DNA of 10,454 nucleotides from NCBI GenBank assembly GCA_034661055.1, contig JAYEKO010000067.1, positions 1 to 10,454 on the forward strand. Direction: 5' to 3'. The notes below the pieces were generated by a model that did no database searches, had not been told where the DNA came from, and saw only the letters and a list, made by a program, of their open reading frames with translations. The stretch comes from Campylobacterota bacterium. GTDB taxonomy: Bacteria > Campylobacterota > Campylobacteria > Campylobacterales > Sulfurimonadaceae. Below are positions 1 through 7,817 of the stretch, piece after piece. Each line of letters begins with the position of its first letter. Position 1 is the first letter of the stretch. Both the position numbers and the translations under genes were made by a program.

Positions 1-95
1 ACAGCTTAACCTAGAATTTACATGTAAATCTCAAGCCAATCTATGGCTTAAAGCTTATATTACGAAATAGTTTATTAGTTGAAATTTATTATAAG

Positions 96-135
96 TATAA
101 TTTAGTATTATTTTAAATAGAAAATATACTAAGGA
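96..135 (+). promoter_or_regulatory. Putative sigma70 -10 box (TATAAT, 96-101) and Shine-Dalgarno (AAGGA, 131-135) of the cytochrome/metal-permease operon
   Basis: Exact TATAAT at 96-101. AAGGA lies 7 nt before ATG 143. The region is very AT-rich, so the -10 assignment is tentative. Confidence 0.5.
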
Positions 136-142
136 AACTTTT

Positions 143-721
143 ATGAAACCATTCACACTATTTAGTTCTGTTACTCTACTGAGTACTCTATTATTAGCCA
201 GCCCCTATCAGAGCCATCAAGAGGTTTATGACGATGTTGTTAAAACAGGTAATGAAGTGAGTATGAGCTTGCTAAAAACATTGGGTAAGAACCTCAAGGG
301 ACATATGCAAAAAGAGGGTCCCCTCGGAGCTGCTAAATTCTGTAATGAACAAGCGTTCTTATTAACAGAGTTTACTGACAAGAATGCCGGTAAGGACGTA
401 TCTGTGAAGCGTATTAGTCTTAAAGACCGCAACCCTGCTAACCGACCTGTAGGTTCTGAAAAAACCGTTATGAATGCCCTTCAAAACTTACAAGACAGCA
501 ATGTTATTCTTCCAAAATTTTTAGTTGAGCGTGTTGATAAAAATACAATAAAATACTACAAGCCTCTTAACATTAACAAAGGTGTCTGTCTTAAATGTCA
601 TGGCAATATTACAAACCCCAAACTCTCTAAGTTCTTAAAAGATCACTATCCAAATGATAAAGCCACCAACTACAAAATGGGTGATTTGCGTGGAGCGGTT
701 GTTGTTACTATTAAAAAATAG
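143..721 (+). CDS. Tll0287-like (DUF3365) periplasmic c-type heme protein
   Basis: N-terminal signal peptide. Family-like motifs GPLGAAKFC, KRISLKDRNPANRP, YYKPL, CLKCHG (CxxCH at 587-601), YPNDKATNYKMGDLRGA. Good SD. Confidence 0.85.
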   Translation: MKPFTLFSSVTLLSTLLLASPYQSHQEVYDDVVKTGNEVSMSLLKTLGKNLKGHMQKEGPLGAAKFCNEQAFLLTEFTDKNAGKDVSVKRISLKDRNPANRPVGSEKTVMNALQNLQDSNVILPKFLVERVDKNTIKYYKPLNINKGVCLKCHGNITNPKLSKFLKDHYPNDKATNYKMGDLRGAVVVTIKK

Positions 722-1403
722 TCTTTTTGTCTCTCTTGCGCTACTTTTATTTAGTGGTTGTAGTGAGACCAAAAATCTTTCTAACTTAGATGGAGAAGTG
801 CTTTTGCAACAGAAGTGTATGAGCTGTCATGATTTGCATATGCCTGCAAAAACATCTCCAGATGAGATAGCACCTCCAATGATGGCGGTTGCTTTTCACA
901 TTAAAAGTAATATGCAAAGCATCACTCCTGCTGAAACTAAGGCAAAATATGTTGCTTTTCTTAAAGACTATGTGATGCAACCATCTCTAGAGAAAACATT
1001 TTGTGACGCAGAAAGTCTTAAAAAATATGGCTTAATGCCTGCACAAAAAGGCAACTTAACACTTGATGAGTTAGAGGCTATTGCGCTTTACATGTTTGAG
1101 CACTATGACCAGACAAAATTTTTAAACATGCTACAGCAGCAATCTGATTTAAATGCTCTGCCAAAAGGTGAGCAACTTGCCCGCAAACACAGCTGCCTGA
1201 GTTGTCATAACCCTAGCATTAAAAAAGTGGGACCATCACTAAAAGCTATTGCTTTAAAGCACAGTGATGCTACGCGGATTATGTCAAGTATTAAAAATGG
1301 AAGTCGTGGAAACTGGAAAGGTTTTAAAGCAACCATGCCACCAAACTCTAAACTGACAAAAGAGGAACTTTTTTTGCTTAGTGAGTGGATATTAACCCAC
1401 TAA
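702..1403 (+). CDS. Diheme cytochrome c lipoprotein (N-terminal APPM-type class I domain plus C-terminal c551/c552-like domain)
   Basis: Two CxxCH motifs (CMSCH 816-830, CLSCH 1194-1208). Lipobox LFSG-C (Cys codon 759-761). The C-terminal KKVGPS...IKNGSRGNW...MPP resembles c551. Start re-assigned from 654 to TTG 702 (GGAG at 692-695, 6-nt spacing), overlapping the end of the upstream gene. Confidence 0.8.
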   Translation: MLLLKNSLFVSLALLLFSGCSETKNLSNLDGEVLLQQKCMSCHDLHMPAKTSPDEIAPPMMAVAFHIKSNMQSITPAETKAKYVAFLKDYVMQPSLEKTFCDAESLKKYGLMPAQKGNLTLDELEAIALYMFEHYDQTKFLNMLQQQSDLNALPKGEQLARKHSCLSCHNPSIKKVGPSLKAIALKHSDATRIMSSIKNGSRGNWKGFKATMPPNSKLTKEELFLLSEWILTH

Positions 1404-1414
1404 CCAAGAGAGCT

Positions 1415-1924
1415 ATGCGATTGAAACAACTTTTTTTTCTTTTATTTGGTACTTTTTTAAGTGCCCATCCTCACTGTTTTATTGATGTTCATCCTACACT
1501 CAACAAGGACTCTTTAACCATTCGTTGGGTACTTGATGAGATGAGTTCACAGATGATGATTATGGATTATGATAGTGACGGAAATGGAAAGTTCAGCGAA
1601 GCAGAGAGCAAGCTCCTTTTTGAAGATACCTTTAAATCTCTTATTAAGTACGAGTACTACACCTATTTTTACAGTGGCTCTAAACAGATTGCCACTCCTG
1701 AAGTCACCTCATTTTTAGCGACCATTGAAAACTATCAACTAAACTACTATTTTACACTTCCATTGCCAGATATGGTTAGCTCCATTGAGTTCTTTGATGA
1801 TGAGCTTTTTACCGCCTATATATTAGAAAAAGATTTCATAACTGTTAGTGATACAGACAAAAAAGTAAGCCTCAAAAAACTTGATGGCGATCGAACATTT
1901 GGCTATAAACTGGAGTTAAAATGA
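1415..1924 (+). CDS. DUF1007 family periplasmic protein (ZevA-like putative metal-binding partner of the downstream permease)
   Basis: Signal peptide followed by A-HPHCFIDV, then W-x-x-DEMSS and an EF-hand-like loop DSDGNGKFSEAE. Start more plausibly ATG 1415 (or TTG 1421) than GTG 1385. The stop region overlaps the next ATG at 1921. Confidence 0.75.
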   Translation: MRLKQLFFLLFGTFLSAHPHCFIDVHPTLNKDSLTIRWVLDEMSSQMMIMDYDSDGNGKFSEAESKLLFEDTFKSLIKYEYYTYFYSGSKQIATPEVTSFLATIENYQLNYYFTLPLPDMVSSIEFFDDELFTAYILEKDFITVSDTDKKVSLKKLDGDRTFGYKLELK

Positions 1925-2685
1925 GTGAACTATACAGCAGCTTTATCCACACACTTACTACTTGGCAGTACAAGCTTAACTCCCTTGTCTCTAGTAATTT
2001 AAGAGGTTTAGAAAATGGAGATTCTCTTAGTGGACTTTTTATTATTTTAGGCATCGCCTTTGCCTATGGTGTCATACATGCCGCAGGACCGGGTCACGGA
2101 AAGGCATTGGTTGGATTCTATTTCTTAAAACAGGGTGGAAGTATGAAACGAGCGTTTAAAATGGGCTACCTCATCGCTATTGTTCATGCGACATCAGCAC
2201 TTATTCTTACCTTTTTTGTTTACTACATAATTGAAAAACTTTTTACTAAGACCTTTCACAATATTGCGCACACCTCTATGTTAATCTCTGCTATTTTAAT
2301 CATCACCGTAGGACTCTATTTAGTTTATGAAGCCTACAAGCACCGTAAAGAAGTGGATGAGAAAATACATGTAAAAAACAGAAGTGACGTAGCTGTAGCC
2401 TTTTCAGCCGGCATAGTCCCCTGCCCCGGGGTCATGACTATTACTCTTTTTGCCATTAGTTTAGGACATTACTTGGTGGGAATTGCTACTGCACTTGTAA
2501 TGAGTATTGGTATGGGACTGACCATATCTTTAGCTGGAATTTTTAGTGTTGCTTTACATAAAAAGGGTGGCAACGCCTTTGGAAAATACGGCTATGTTTT
2601 TGAATTTTTTGCAGCAGCTCTAATTATTGGACTTGGAGTATTTTTACTGCTAGCAAATATTAGTCACTCTAAAGGGCATATCTAA
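1921..2685 (+). CDS. RcnA/NiCoT-like (ZevB-like) nickel/cobalt/zinc permease
   Basis: YGVIHAAGPGHGK and GIVPCPG signature motifs, about 6 hydrophobic helices, no long His-rich loop. Confidence 0.85.
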   Translation: MSELYSSFIHTLTTWQYKLNSLVSSNLRGLENGDSLSGLFIILGIAFAYGVIHAAGPGHGKALVGFYFLKQGGSMKRAFKMGYLIAIVHATSALILTFFVYYIIEKLFTKTFHNIAHTSMLISAILIITVGLYLVYEAYKHRKEVDEKIHVKNRSDVAVAFSAGIVPCPGVMTITLFAISLGHYLVGIATALVMSIGMGLTISLAGIFSVALHKKGGNAFGKYGYVFEFFAAALIIGLGVFLLLANISHSKGHI

Positions 2686-2690
2686 CGTCA

Positions 2691-3185
2691 TTACACTTGA
2701 ACAAAACGATGGTCTGATTTTCTGCTACTGACCTCTTGCTTCGTTGCTTTCATCCAACCCGACGCTACCACACCTTCTACTTTATCAAAATTCTCAATAT
2801 AGGGTTTAATGTCTAGCAGTGGTGTTCCATTAAGTATGTCCACGCCTTTTATGGTAACAGTATTACCCTCTACTTTTACAAGTTTAACCACAGAAAGTCC
2901 AAGACTGTTAGGGCGCATGGGTGTTCTTGTAGAGAAGACTCCTCTAGGAGTATCTGTAGTGTCATTAAAAGGAACGACACTAAGTTTAGGCTCTTTGACT
3001 TCATGAAAATAGTAGATTAAATAGAGATGACTAAAGCCGTCTAGGTCTTTAAGACCTTCTACAAACTCCTCTTTAAGTACAATAGTTGCATAGGTCTCTT
3101 CTGCTCCTTTAGGCTGAATAGGCATATTCACCAAATCATAAAATGGTGAGCAAATAGTACCAATAGATGTTAATGATATATTCAA
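2691..3185 (-). CDS. tsaA: Short TrmO/TsaA-like (UPF0066) SAM-binding protein / putative methyltransferase
   Basis: Motifs IGTICSPF, EGLKDLDGFSHLYLIYYFH, RGVFSTRTPMRPNSLGLSVV, GVDILNGTPLLDIKPY. TTG start with a weak SD. 164 aa, so only the N-terminal barrel domain. Confidence 0.85.
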   Translation of the reverse strand: MNISLTSIGTICSPFYDLVNMPIQPKGAEETYATIVLKEEFVEGLKDLDGFSHLYLIYYFHEVKEPKLSVVPFNDTTDTPRGVFSTRTPMRPNSLGLSVVKLVKVEGNTVTIKGVDILNGTPLLDIKPYIENFDKVEGVVASGWMKATKQEVSSRKSDHRFVQV

Positions 3186-3195
3186 GATCTATTGT

Positions 3196-3570
3196 TTAGT
3201 GGTTTTGATGTTTTCTATCGTTGTTTTTAATAATACCCTCAGCATTACTCTCATCAATCACTGCAAGACAGTTGGTATCATACTTTATAAGAAGCTCATC
3301 GAGTTCAATACGTGCTTCTCCTGCATGATAAACGGTGATACTTCCATCCTCTACTATCTTCTGGTATGGTGGGTTACTCATATGCTGAATAATAAGACTC
3401 TTCACACCTTTTGCCAATAACCATGCAACGACTGCTGCTCCACCTTTTGCCTCATTCTTTTCTATGCTAATATTACCATCCTCAATAAAAGCAAACCATT
3501 TTGATTTACCAAAAAGTGGTGCTACTGCTGAGTTTTCTCTATCTGTCTTTACGGGAACTGCTATTATCAT
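3196..3570 (-). CDS. NifB/NifX (dinitrogenase FeMo-cofactor biosynthesis) family domain protein
   Basis: MIIAVPV...VAPLFGKSKWFAFI...N...GG..VVAWLLAKGVKSLII pattern. SD AAGGA upstream of the ATG. Confidence 0.75.
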   Translation of the reverse strand: MIIAVPVKTDRENSAVAPLFGKSKWFAFIEDGNISIEKNEAKGGAAVVAWLLAKGVKSLIIQHMSNPPYQKIVEDGSITVYHAGEARIELDELLIKYDTNCLAVIDESNAEGIIKNNDRKHQNH

Positions 3571-3584
3571 CTTTTTTTCCTTAT

Positions 3585-4094
3585 TTAAAATATTGTATAT
3601 CTAAAGTGTAAAAAGCCTAGAATTGACTCCATATCTTTTATGACTTTTTCCATTATCTCACCCTCTCTAGTTCCGCTAAAGAGACGTGCCATCACATATC
3701 CGTTCATCATTGCTATAGTCACTCTACCATCATTTTTTTCATAGACAGCAATACTTAACGGCATTTTAGCCGCCATAAATTTACTGCTATCTTCATCCAA
3801 CATCTCTCCTGAGAGTTTACCGTTACAAAACTTAATGATTTTAACCTTACCTACATCACTGCCTCCATTATCTAAAACCTCTTGTTGCTGATTAATCACA
3901 TCAGTAACGTGCCAACCCTCTTGCTTATTTATTCTGCTTTTAAGTATCTCTACAGTTTTATCAAATGCGTAGGGGGTGTTTATCTCTTTAAAAAACATAG
4001 TTGGTACTGCAACCTTAAATGCAATACCAGTTACAAATAGGCTAAAAACCACCCCTAAAATTGTTCCAATTAAAACACCTCTATAACTGTTCAT
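3585..4094 (-). CDS. DUF302 domain protein with an N-terminal membrane anchor
   Basis: TPYAFDKTVE, GWHV, KIIKFCN, MPLSIAVYEKNDGRVTI motifs. Start re-assigned to ATG 4094, which overlaps the TDT stop (TAATG) and has GGAGG upstream. Confidence 0.75.
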   Translation of the reverse strand: MNSYRGVLIGTILGVVFSLFVTGIAFKVAVPTMFFKEINTPYAFDKTVEILKSRINKQEGWHVTDVINQQQEVLDNGGSDVGKVKIIKFCNGKLSGEMLDEDSSKFMAAKMPLSIAVYEKNDGRVTIAMMNGYVMARLFSGTREGEIMEKVIKDMESILGFLHFRYTIF

Positions 4095-5059
4095 TACTCT
4101 TCCTCCGATATACAAATTTTTTCTGCTCGACACTCTTTAATTGTCCTTGATGTTACAAACCCGACAACTGCTGTGGTAAGCACCATTAAAATAATTGAGC
4201 CATAATATGTTACATGAGTATTTAAAGCCATATGCAACAGTAGAGTTGCTATGGTCATAGACGCAAGGGGGAATGTGTACGCCCACCATGAAATATAAAA
4301 CTGTTTGGTATCAAACATCTTCACCATAAAAAGTAGTAGTAGCAGTGTAAACAGTGCTACAAAATATAAAAACATACTAAACATATCTATGCTGCCGTTA
4401 GTAATACGAAAATAACTCACAAAACCTACCGATGGCGGTGCAATGAAGATGAAAAATGTCGGCACTAACTTTTTAGCCATGGGATGGTGAAATACAATTC
4501 TATTAATCATAATGGTAAAAAGCACTATCCAAAAAAACAGTCCCAAGGCAAAGAAGAAAAGCGAGACATACATAGGTGCTGCTTCTACCCCAATAACGGG
4601 GACTAATACATTCCCAACAATGGGAATAAACCAAGCAGGGTTACTATGAACAACCTTTAAGTCATTGTGAATCCAGTAGCGAATAACAATGAGTGTAAAA
4701 AGTAACTGTAACGGTGCACCGATATACCACAACAGTATGGATACTGTGGGAGCAAAGTCATAGTAAGCAATTGAAACTAGTAAAAAACTAATTGATATTG
4801 CTGCCATAAATGAACTCTTAATAGGGTGTAAAAACTCTTTTTTAACTGCCTCAGGATAAATGAGCCATTTCATCATATAGGCTGTAAAGATTCCTAAAAA
4901 TAAGATGCTATCTACAAAAAGTAGTGTTGCGTAAATCCAATACGGCATATCAATAAGGTGATAAGCCTTAGCAAAAACAATGGCTAAACCTGAAAGTCCC
5001 ATTATCACTGCAAACAGCTGTACTGGAAAAAATTCAAGTGAACGCTTACTTAACTCCAT
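4094..5059 (-). CDS. TDT/SLAC1 family (TehA-like) anion channel
   Basis: About 10 TM helices. Motifs FAVIMGLSGL, EFLHPIKSSF, NPAWFIPIVGN, PTFFIFIAPP, SWWAYTFP. SD AAGGAG at 5070-5065. Confidence 0.9.
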   Translation of the reverse strand: MELSKRSLEFFPVQLFAVIMGLSGLAIVFAKAYHLIDMPYWIYATLLFVDSILFLGIFTAYMMKWLIYPEAVKKEFLHPIKSSFMAAISISFLLVSIAYYDFAPTVSILLWYIGAPLQLLFTLIVIRYWIHNDLKVVHSNPAWFIPIVGNVLVPVIGVEAAPMYVSLFFFALGLFFWIVLFTIMINRIVFHHPMAKKLVPTFFIFIAPPSVGFVSYFRITNGSIDMFSMFLYFVALFTLLLLLFMVKMFDTKQFYISWWAYTFPLASMTIATLLLHMALNTHVTYYGSIILMVLTTAVVGFVTSRTIKECRAEKICISEEE

Positions 5060-5099
5060 TACATCTCCTTAAATATTAATATTAATTATCAATTTCAGA

Positions 5100-5191
5100 A
5101 GTATAGCTTATGAAAGCTGACGTTAATATTAATAGTATTATTTAATTTTAACGTCAGTTGAAGCCAACTAAAAGAATAGATGTATTATAAT
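5100..5191. promoter_or_regulatory. Divergent promoter region with a central palindromic operator-like site (5117-5157)
   Basis: Minus-strand TATACT (5105-5100) and plus-strand TATAAT (5186-5191) flank CTGACGTTAA-t-ATTAA-N9-TTAAT-t-TTAACGTCAG. Confidence 0.6.
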
Positions 5192-5222
5192 TTTTAGATA
5201 TTCTCAAGCATCAGGAGTATTT

Positions 5223-5900
5223 ATGATTTCCATAGAACATCTCTCTAAAAGTTATAGAGACGGTGAGGTAGTCACCCCCGTAATTCATGACTTAGACCTA
5301 ACTATTGATGAGGGAGAGTTTTTAGCCATAGTTGGCCCTAGTGGTAGTGGTAAAAGTACACTCTTAAATCTCATTGGCTGTTTGGATCGTCCTAATGGTG
5401 GCCAAATCACCATAGATGGTGAAGTTATTTCAGAACTGACAACTAGTAATGCTTCAAAATTTCGTGCTAAACATCTTGCCTTTATTTTTCAAGATTTTAA
5501 CCTCATTGAGAGTTTTACCGTCTTTGAGAATGTTGAATTTCCTCTTTCGGTAATTTTACATGTAAAAGAGACCAAAAAACGTGTTGAAAAAATTCTTGAT
5601 GCCATTGGAATGCTCGAACATATTGACAAATACCCTGATCAACTCAGTGGTGGACAGAAGCAGCGCGTAGCTATTGCTCGTGCTTTAGTAGTTGAACCTC
5701 GCATTATTTTAGCAGATGAGCCTACTGCCAACTTAGACAGTCTCTCAGCTAAAAAGGTCATTGACTTAATGAAAGGGATGCAAGAAGACTCTAAAACTAC
5801 CTTCATTTTTTCAACCCATGACACTAAAATTATGCATGAGGCTAAACGTATTGTTACTCTTGAAGATGGTAAAATTGTTAGTGACGAGGTTGTATCATGA
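5223..5900 (+). CDS. ABC transporter ATP-binding protein, LolD/MacB-like
   Basis: Walker [10 protein letters not shown], signature [15 protein letters not shown], Walker [13 protein letters not shown]-loop STHD. SD AGGAG at 5213-5217. Confidence 0.95.
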   Translation: MISIEHLSKSYRDGEVVTPVIHDLDLTIDEGEFLAIVGPSGSGKSTLLNLIGCLDRPNGGQITIDGEVISELTTSNASKFRAKHLAFIFQDFNLIESFTVFENVEFPLSVILHVKETKKRVEKILDAIGMLEHIDKYPDQLSGGQKQRVAIARALVVEPRIILADEPTANLDSLSAKKVIDLMKGMQEDSKTTFIFSTHDTKIMHEAKRIVTLEDGKIVSDEVVS

Positions 5901-7108
5901 AAAGTCTAAAAATTGCCTACCGAACACTCAAAAGAAATAAGCGTCGCTCTATTTTAACTACCCTTCTCATTGCCATTGGTGTTATCTTTGTTCTTCTGTT
6001 TTACGCATTTTCAGGAAGCTTCAAATCCTACATGATTGGACAGATTACAGACAGTATGTTAGGACATCTTCAAATCCACAAAAAAGGCTATGTGGTTAGT
6101 CTTGATAACATGCCATTAGACAAAAATTTACCCAAAAAAGCTATAGAGAAAATCACCTCTGTATTAGAAGCTATACCTGCTATAGACTCCTACTCATTTC
6201 GTCTTAAACACTCAGCTATGATTAGTAACTTTGAGACCTCGACTAACATACGTCTTAATGGAATTGATCCTGAACATGAACATCAAACCCTCCCACTACT
6301 ACAGACACGAATCAAGGGAGAGCATAACATTAAGCGAGGTGAAGTACTCATTCCTAATATTGTTGCCAAGGGAATGAAACTTAAAACCGGTGATGCTGTA
6401 GTTCTTGTTGCAACCAATAAGTCAGGTTCTATGAATGCACTCACCTTTAAGATTGCAGGAGTCATTGAGATTATCTCAGGTCCTGGTGGACGTGACGGTT
6501 ACATTCACATAGAAGATGCTCGTAAACTACTGCGAATTAGAGGCAGTGAAGTTAATGAGATTGTCATCCGATTAAGTGACAATTCCATGATGAAAAATGT
6601 CCAAAAAAAGCTAAGAGAAGAGCTCCTTAGTGGTGAGAAAAAAGGTCTTGAGATTCACAACTGGGAAAAACTCAGCCCTTTTAGTAACATTGCCAAGATG
6701 ATTGACCTAATGAGTCTCTCCATTCAGATTATTCTCATCTCTATTGTGCTCGTCTCCATCTTAAATGTAATGATAATGAGTGTGTATGAACGTATTAAAG
6801 AGGTAGGAACCCTAAGTGCCATTGGAACTGCACCATCATTCATTGTCTTTACTTTTTTATTTGAGGGTCTGCTACTTGGAGCTGCAGGAACTATTTTTGG
6901 AACCTTTGTATCTTTGAGTATCATTGCTCTAACGGGAGATATTACCATCGCCTTTGGTCGTCAAGATGAGATTTTACTTACTCCATCTCTGCCATTTGTT
7001 AAAATAGTTTTTATCTCTGTATTAGTTATGATTATTGCGGCAGTTGCCTCACTCTACCCTGCCATGAAAGCATCACGGATGAATCCTGTTGATGCACTAA
7101 GGAGTTAG
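5897..7108 (+). CDS. ABC transporter permease, LolC/E (FtsX/MacB) family
   Basis: [11 protein letters not shown]1, large periplasmic domain, [41 protein letters not shown] overlap with the ATPase gene. Confidence 0.92.
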   Translation: MKSLKIAYRTLKRNKRRSILTTLLIAIGVIFVLLFYAFSGSFKSYMIGQITDSMLGHLQIHKKGYVVSLDNMPLDKNLPKKAIEKITSVLEAIPAIDSYSFRLKHSAMISNFETSTNIRLNGIDPEHEHQTLPLLQTRIKGEHNIKRGEVLIPNIVAKGMKLKTGDAVVLVATNKSGSMNALTFKIAGVIEIISGPGGRDGYIHIEDARKLLRIRGSEVNEIVIRLSDNSMMKNVQKKLREELLSGEKKGLEIHNWEKLSPFSNIAKMIDLMSLSIQIILISIVLVSILNVMIMSVYERIKEVGTLSAIGTAPSFIVFTFLFEGLLLGAAGTIFGTFVSLSIIALTGDITIAFGRQDEILLTPSLPFVKIVFISVLVMIIAAVASLYPAMKASRMNPVDALRS

Positions 7109-7109
7109 A

Positions 7110-7817
7110 ATGCGTTATCTACTTGTGTTACTCTTACCGATGTTACTTCTAGGTACTGATTTGCTCAAACAGATTGATGAGCGACTGCAGCCCTTCTCTT
7201 ATGAGAGTTATCGTAAGCTAATCAACATTGAGTCAGATGGAACAAAAAAAGAGTTTGTCATGTACATGGCTAAAAAAGATAAAGATAAGGTCATCTCACT
7301 CTTTTTAGAGCCAAAGAGCGATCATGGACGTGCCACCTTACGACTGAGAGAAAACATGTGGCTTTTTATACCTGGTATTGCCAAACCGCTTCGTATCGCT
7401 TCAATGCAAAGTGTCACTGGTGGAGTCTTTAACAACGCCGATATTATGAGACTAGATTTTAGTGTGGAGTACACTATCGCTTCACAGAGTAAAAGTGAGA
7501 GTGAGTATACGCTATTACTTCATGCTAAAAATGAGACGGTCACCTATGAGAAACTCAAAATGATTGTCGATAAGAAAACTCTATTTCCTAAAAGCATTGA
7601 GTGTATTGCGGGCGGAATTGTCCTTAAAACTATTCGCTATCTTAAAACCAAAGACTTTGGAGATGGTATAGTACGCCCTTCAATTCTTGAAACAACAAGC
7701 CAGCTTCAAAAAGGTTATAAAAGCCTTATTGTATTTGCAAAGATGAAAAGAAAAACATTTGATGATGCAGTCTTTACACTAGAAAACCTCTCAAAGATTG
7801 ATGATATTCGAGAATGA
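7110..7817 (+). CDS. Outer-membrane lipoprotein-sorting protein (LolA-like fold)
   Basis: Signal peptide. Pattern FLEPKSDHGRATLR...NMWLFIPGIAKPLRIAS...GGVFNNADI and C-terminal FDDAVFTLENL are typical of the LolA-like family. SD AAGGAG. Confidence 0.8.
   Translation: MRYLLVLLLPMLLLGTDLLKQIDERLQPFSYESYRKLINIESDGTKKEFVMYMAKKDKDKVISLFLEPKSDHGRATLRLRENMWLFIPGIAKPLRIASMQSVTGGVFNNADIMRLDFSVEYTIASQSKSESEYTLLLHAKNETVTYEKLKMIVDKKTLFPKSIECIAGGIVLKTIRYLKTKDFGDGIVRPSILETTSQLQKGYKSLIVFAKMKRKTFDDAVFTLENLSKIDDIRE

Noticed and set aside
87..131. Possible NikR/Fur box (TAGTAT-N17-ATACTA, TATTA repeats) upstream of the metal-permease operon
   Set aside because: The spacing does not match the NikR consensus I recall (TRWYA-N15-TRWYA or GTATGA-N16-TCATAC), and the region is too AT-rich for the match to be significant.
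654..701. Track start at 654 for the diheme cytochrome
   Set aside because: It gives a 68-nt overlap and an over-long signal peptide; TTG 702 has a properly spaced GGAG.
1431..1438. T8 tract near the start of the DUF1007 gene as a phase-variation site
   Set aside because: Short, in frame, and explained by Leu/Phe codons of the signal peptide.
3196..3570. Nitrogen fixation inferred from the NifX-family gene
   Set aside because: The domain is widespread in non-diazotrophs and no nif structural genes are in the window.
5059..5064. Start-stop mini-ORF ATG-TAA overlapping the TDT start (- strand)
   Set aside because: The ATG directly abuts the SD (0-nt spacing), so initiation there is unlikely.
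5117..5157. Invertible promoter switch or terminator interpretation of the palindrome
   Set aside because: The spacer is too short to hold a promoter, no recombinase is in the window, and a position between divergent starts does not suit a terminator.
226..6948. Short shadow ORFs in the track (226-432, 786-980, 1872-2054, 2809-3006, 3199-3420, 5639-5824, 6283-6465, 6724-6948)
   Set aside because: All lie antisense within well-supported genes and show no recognisable motifs.
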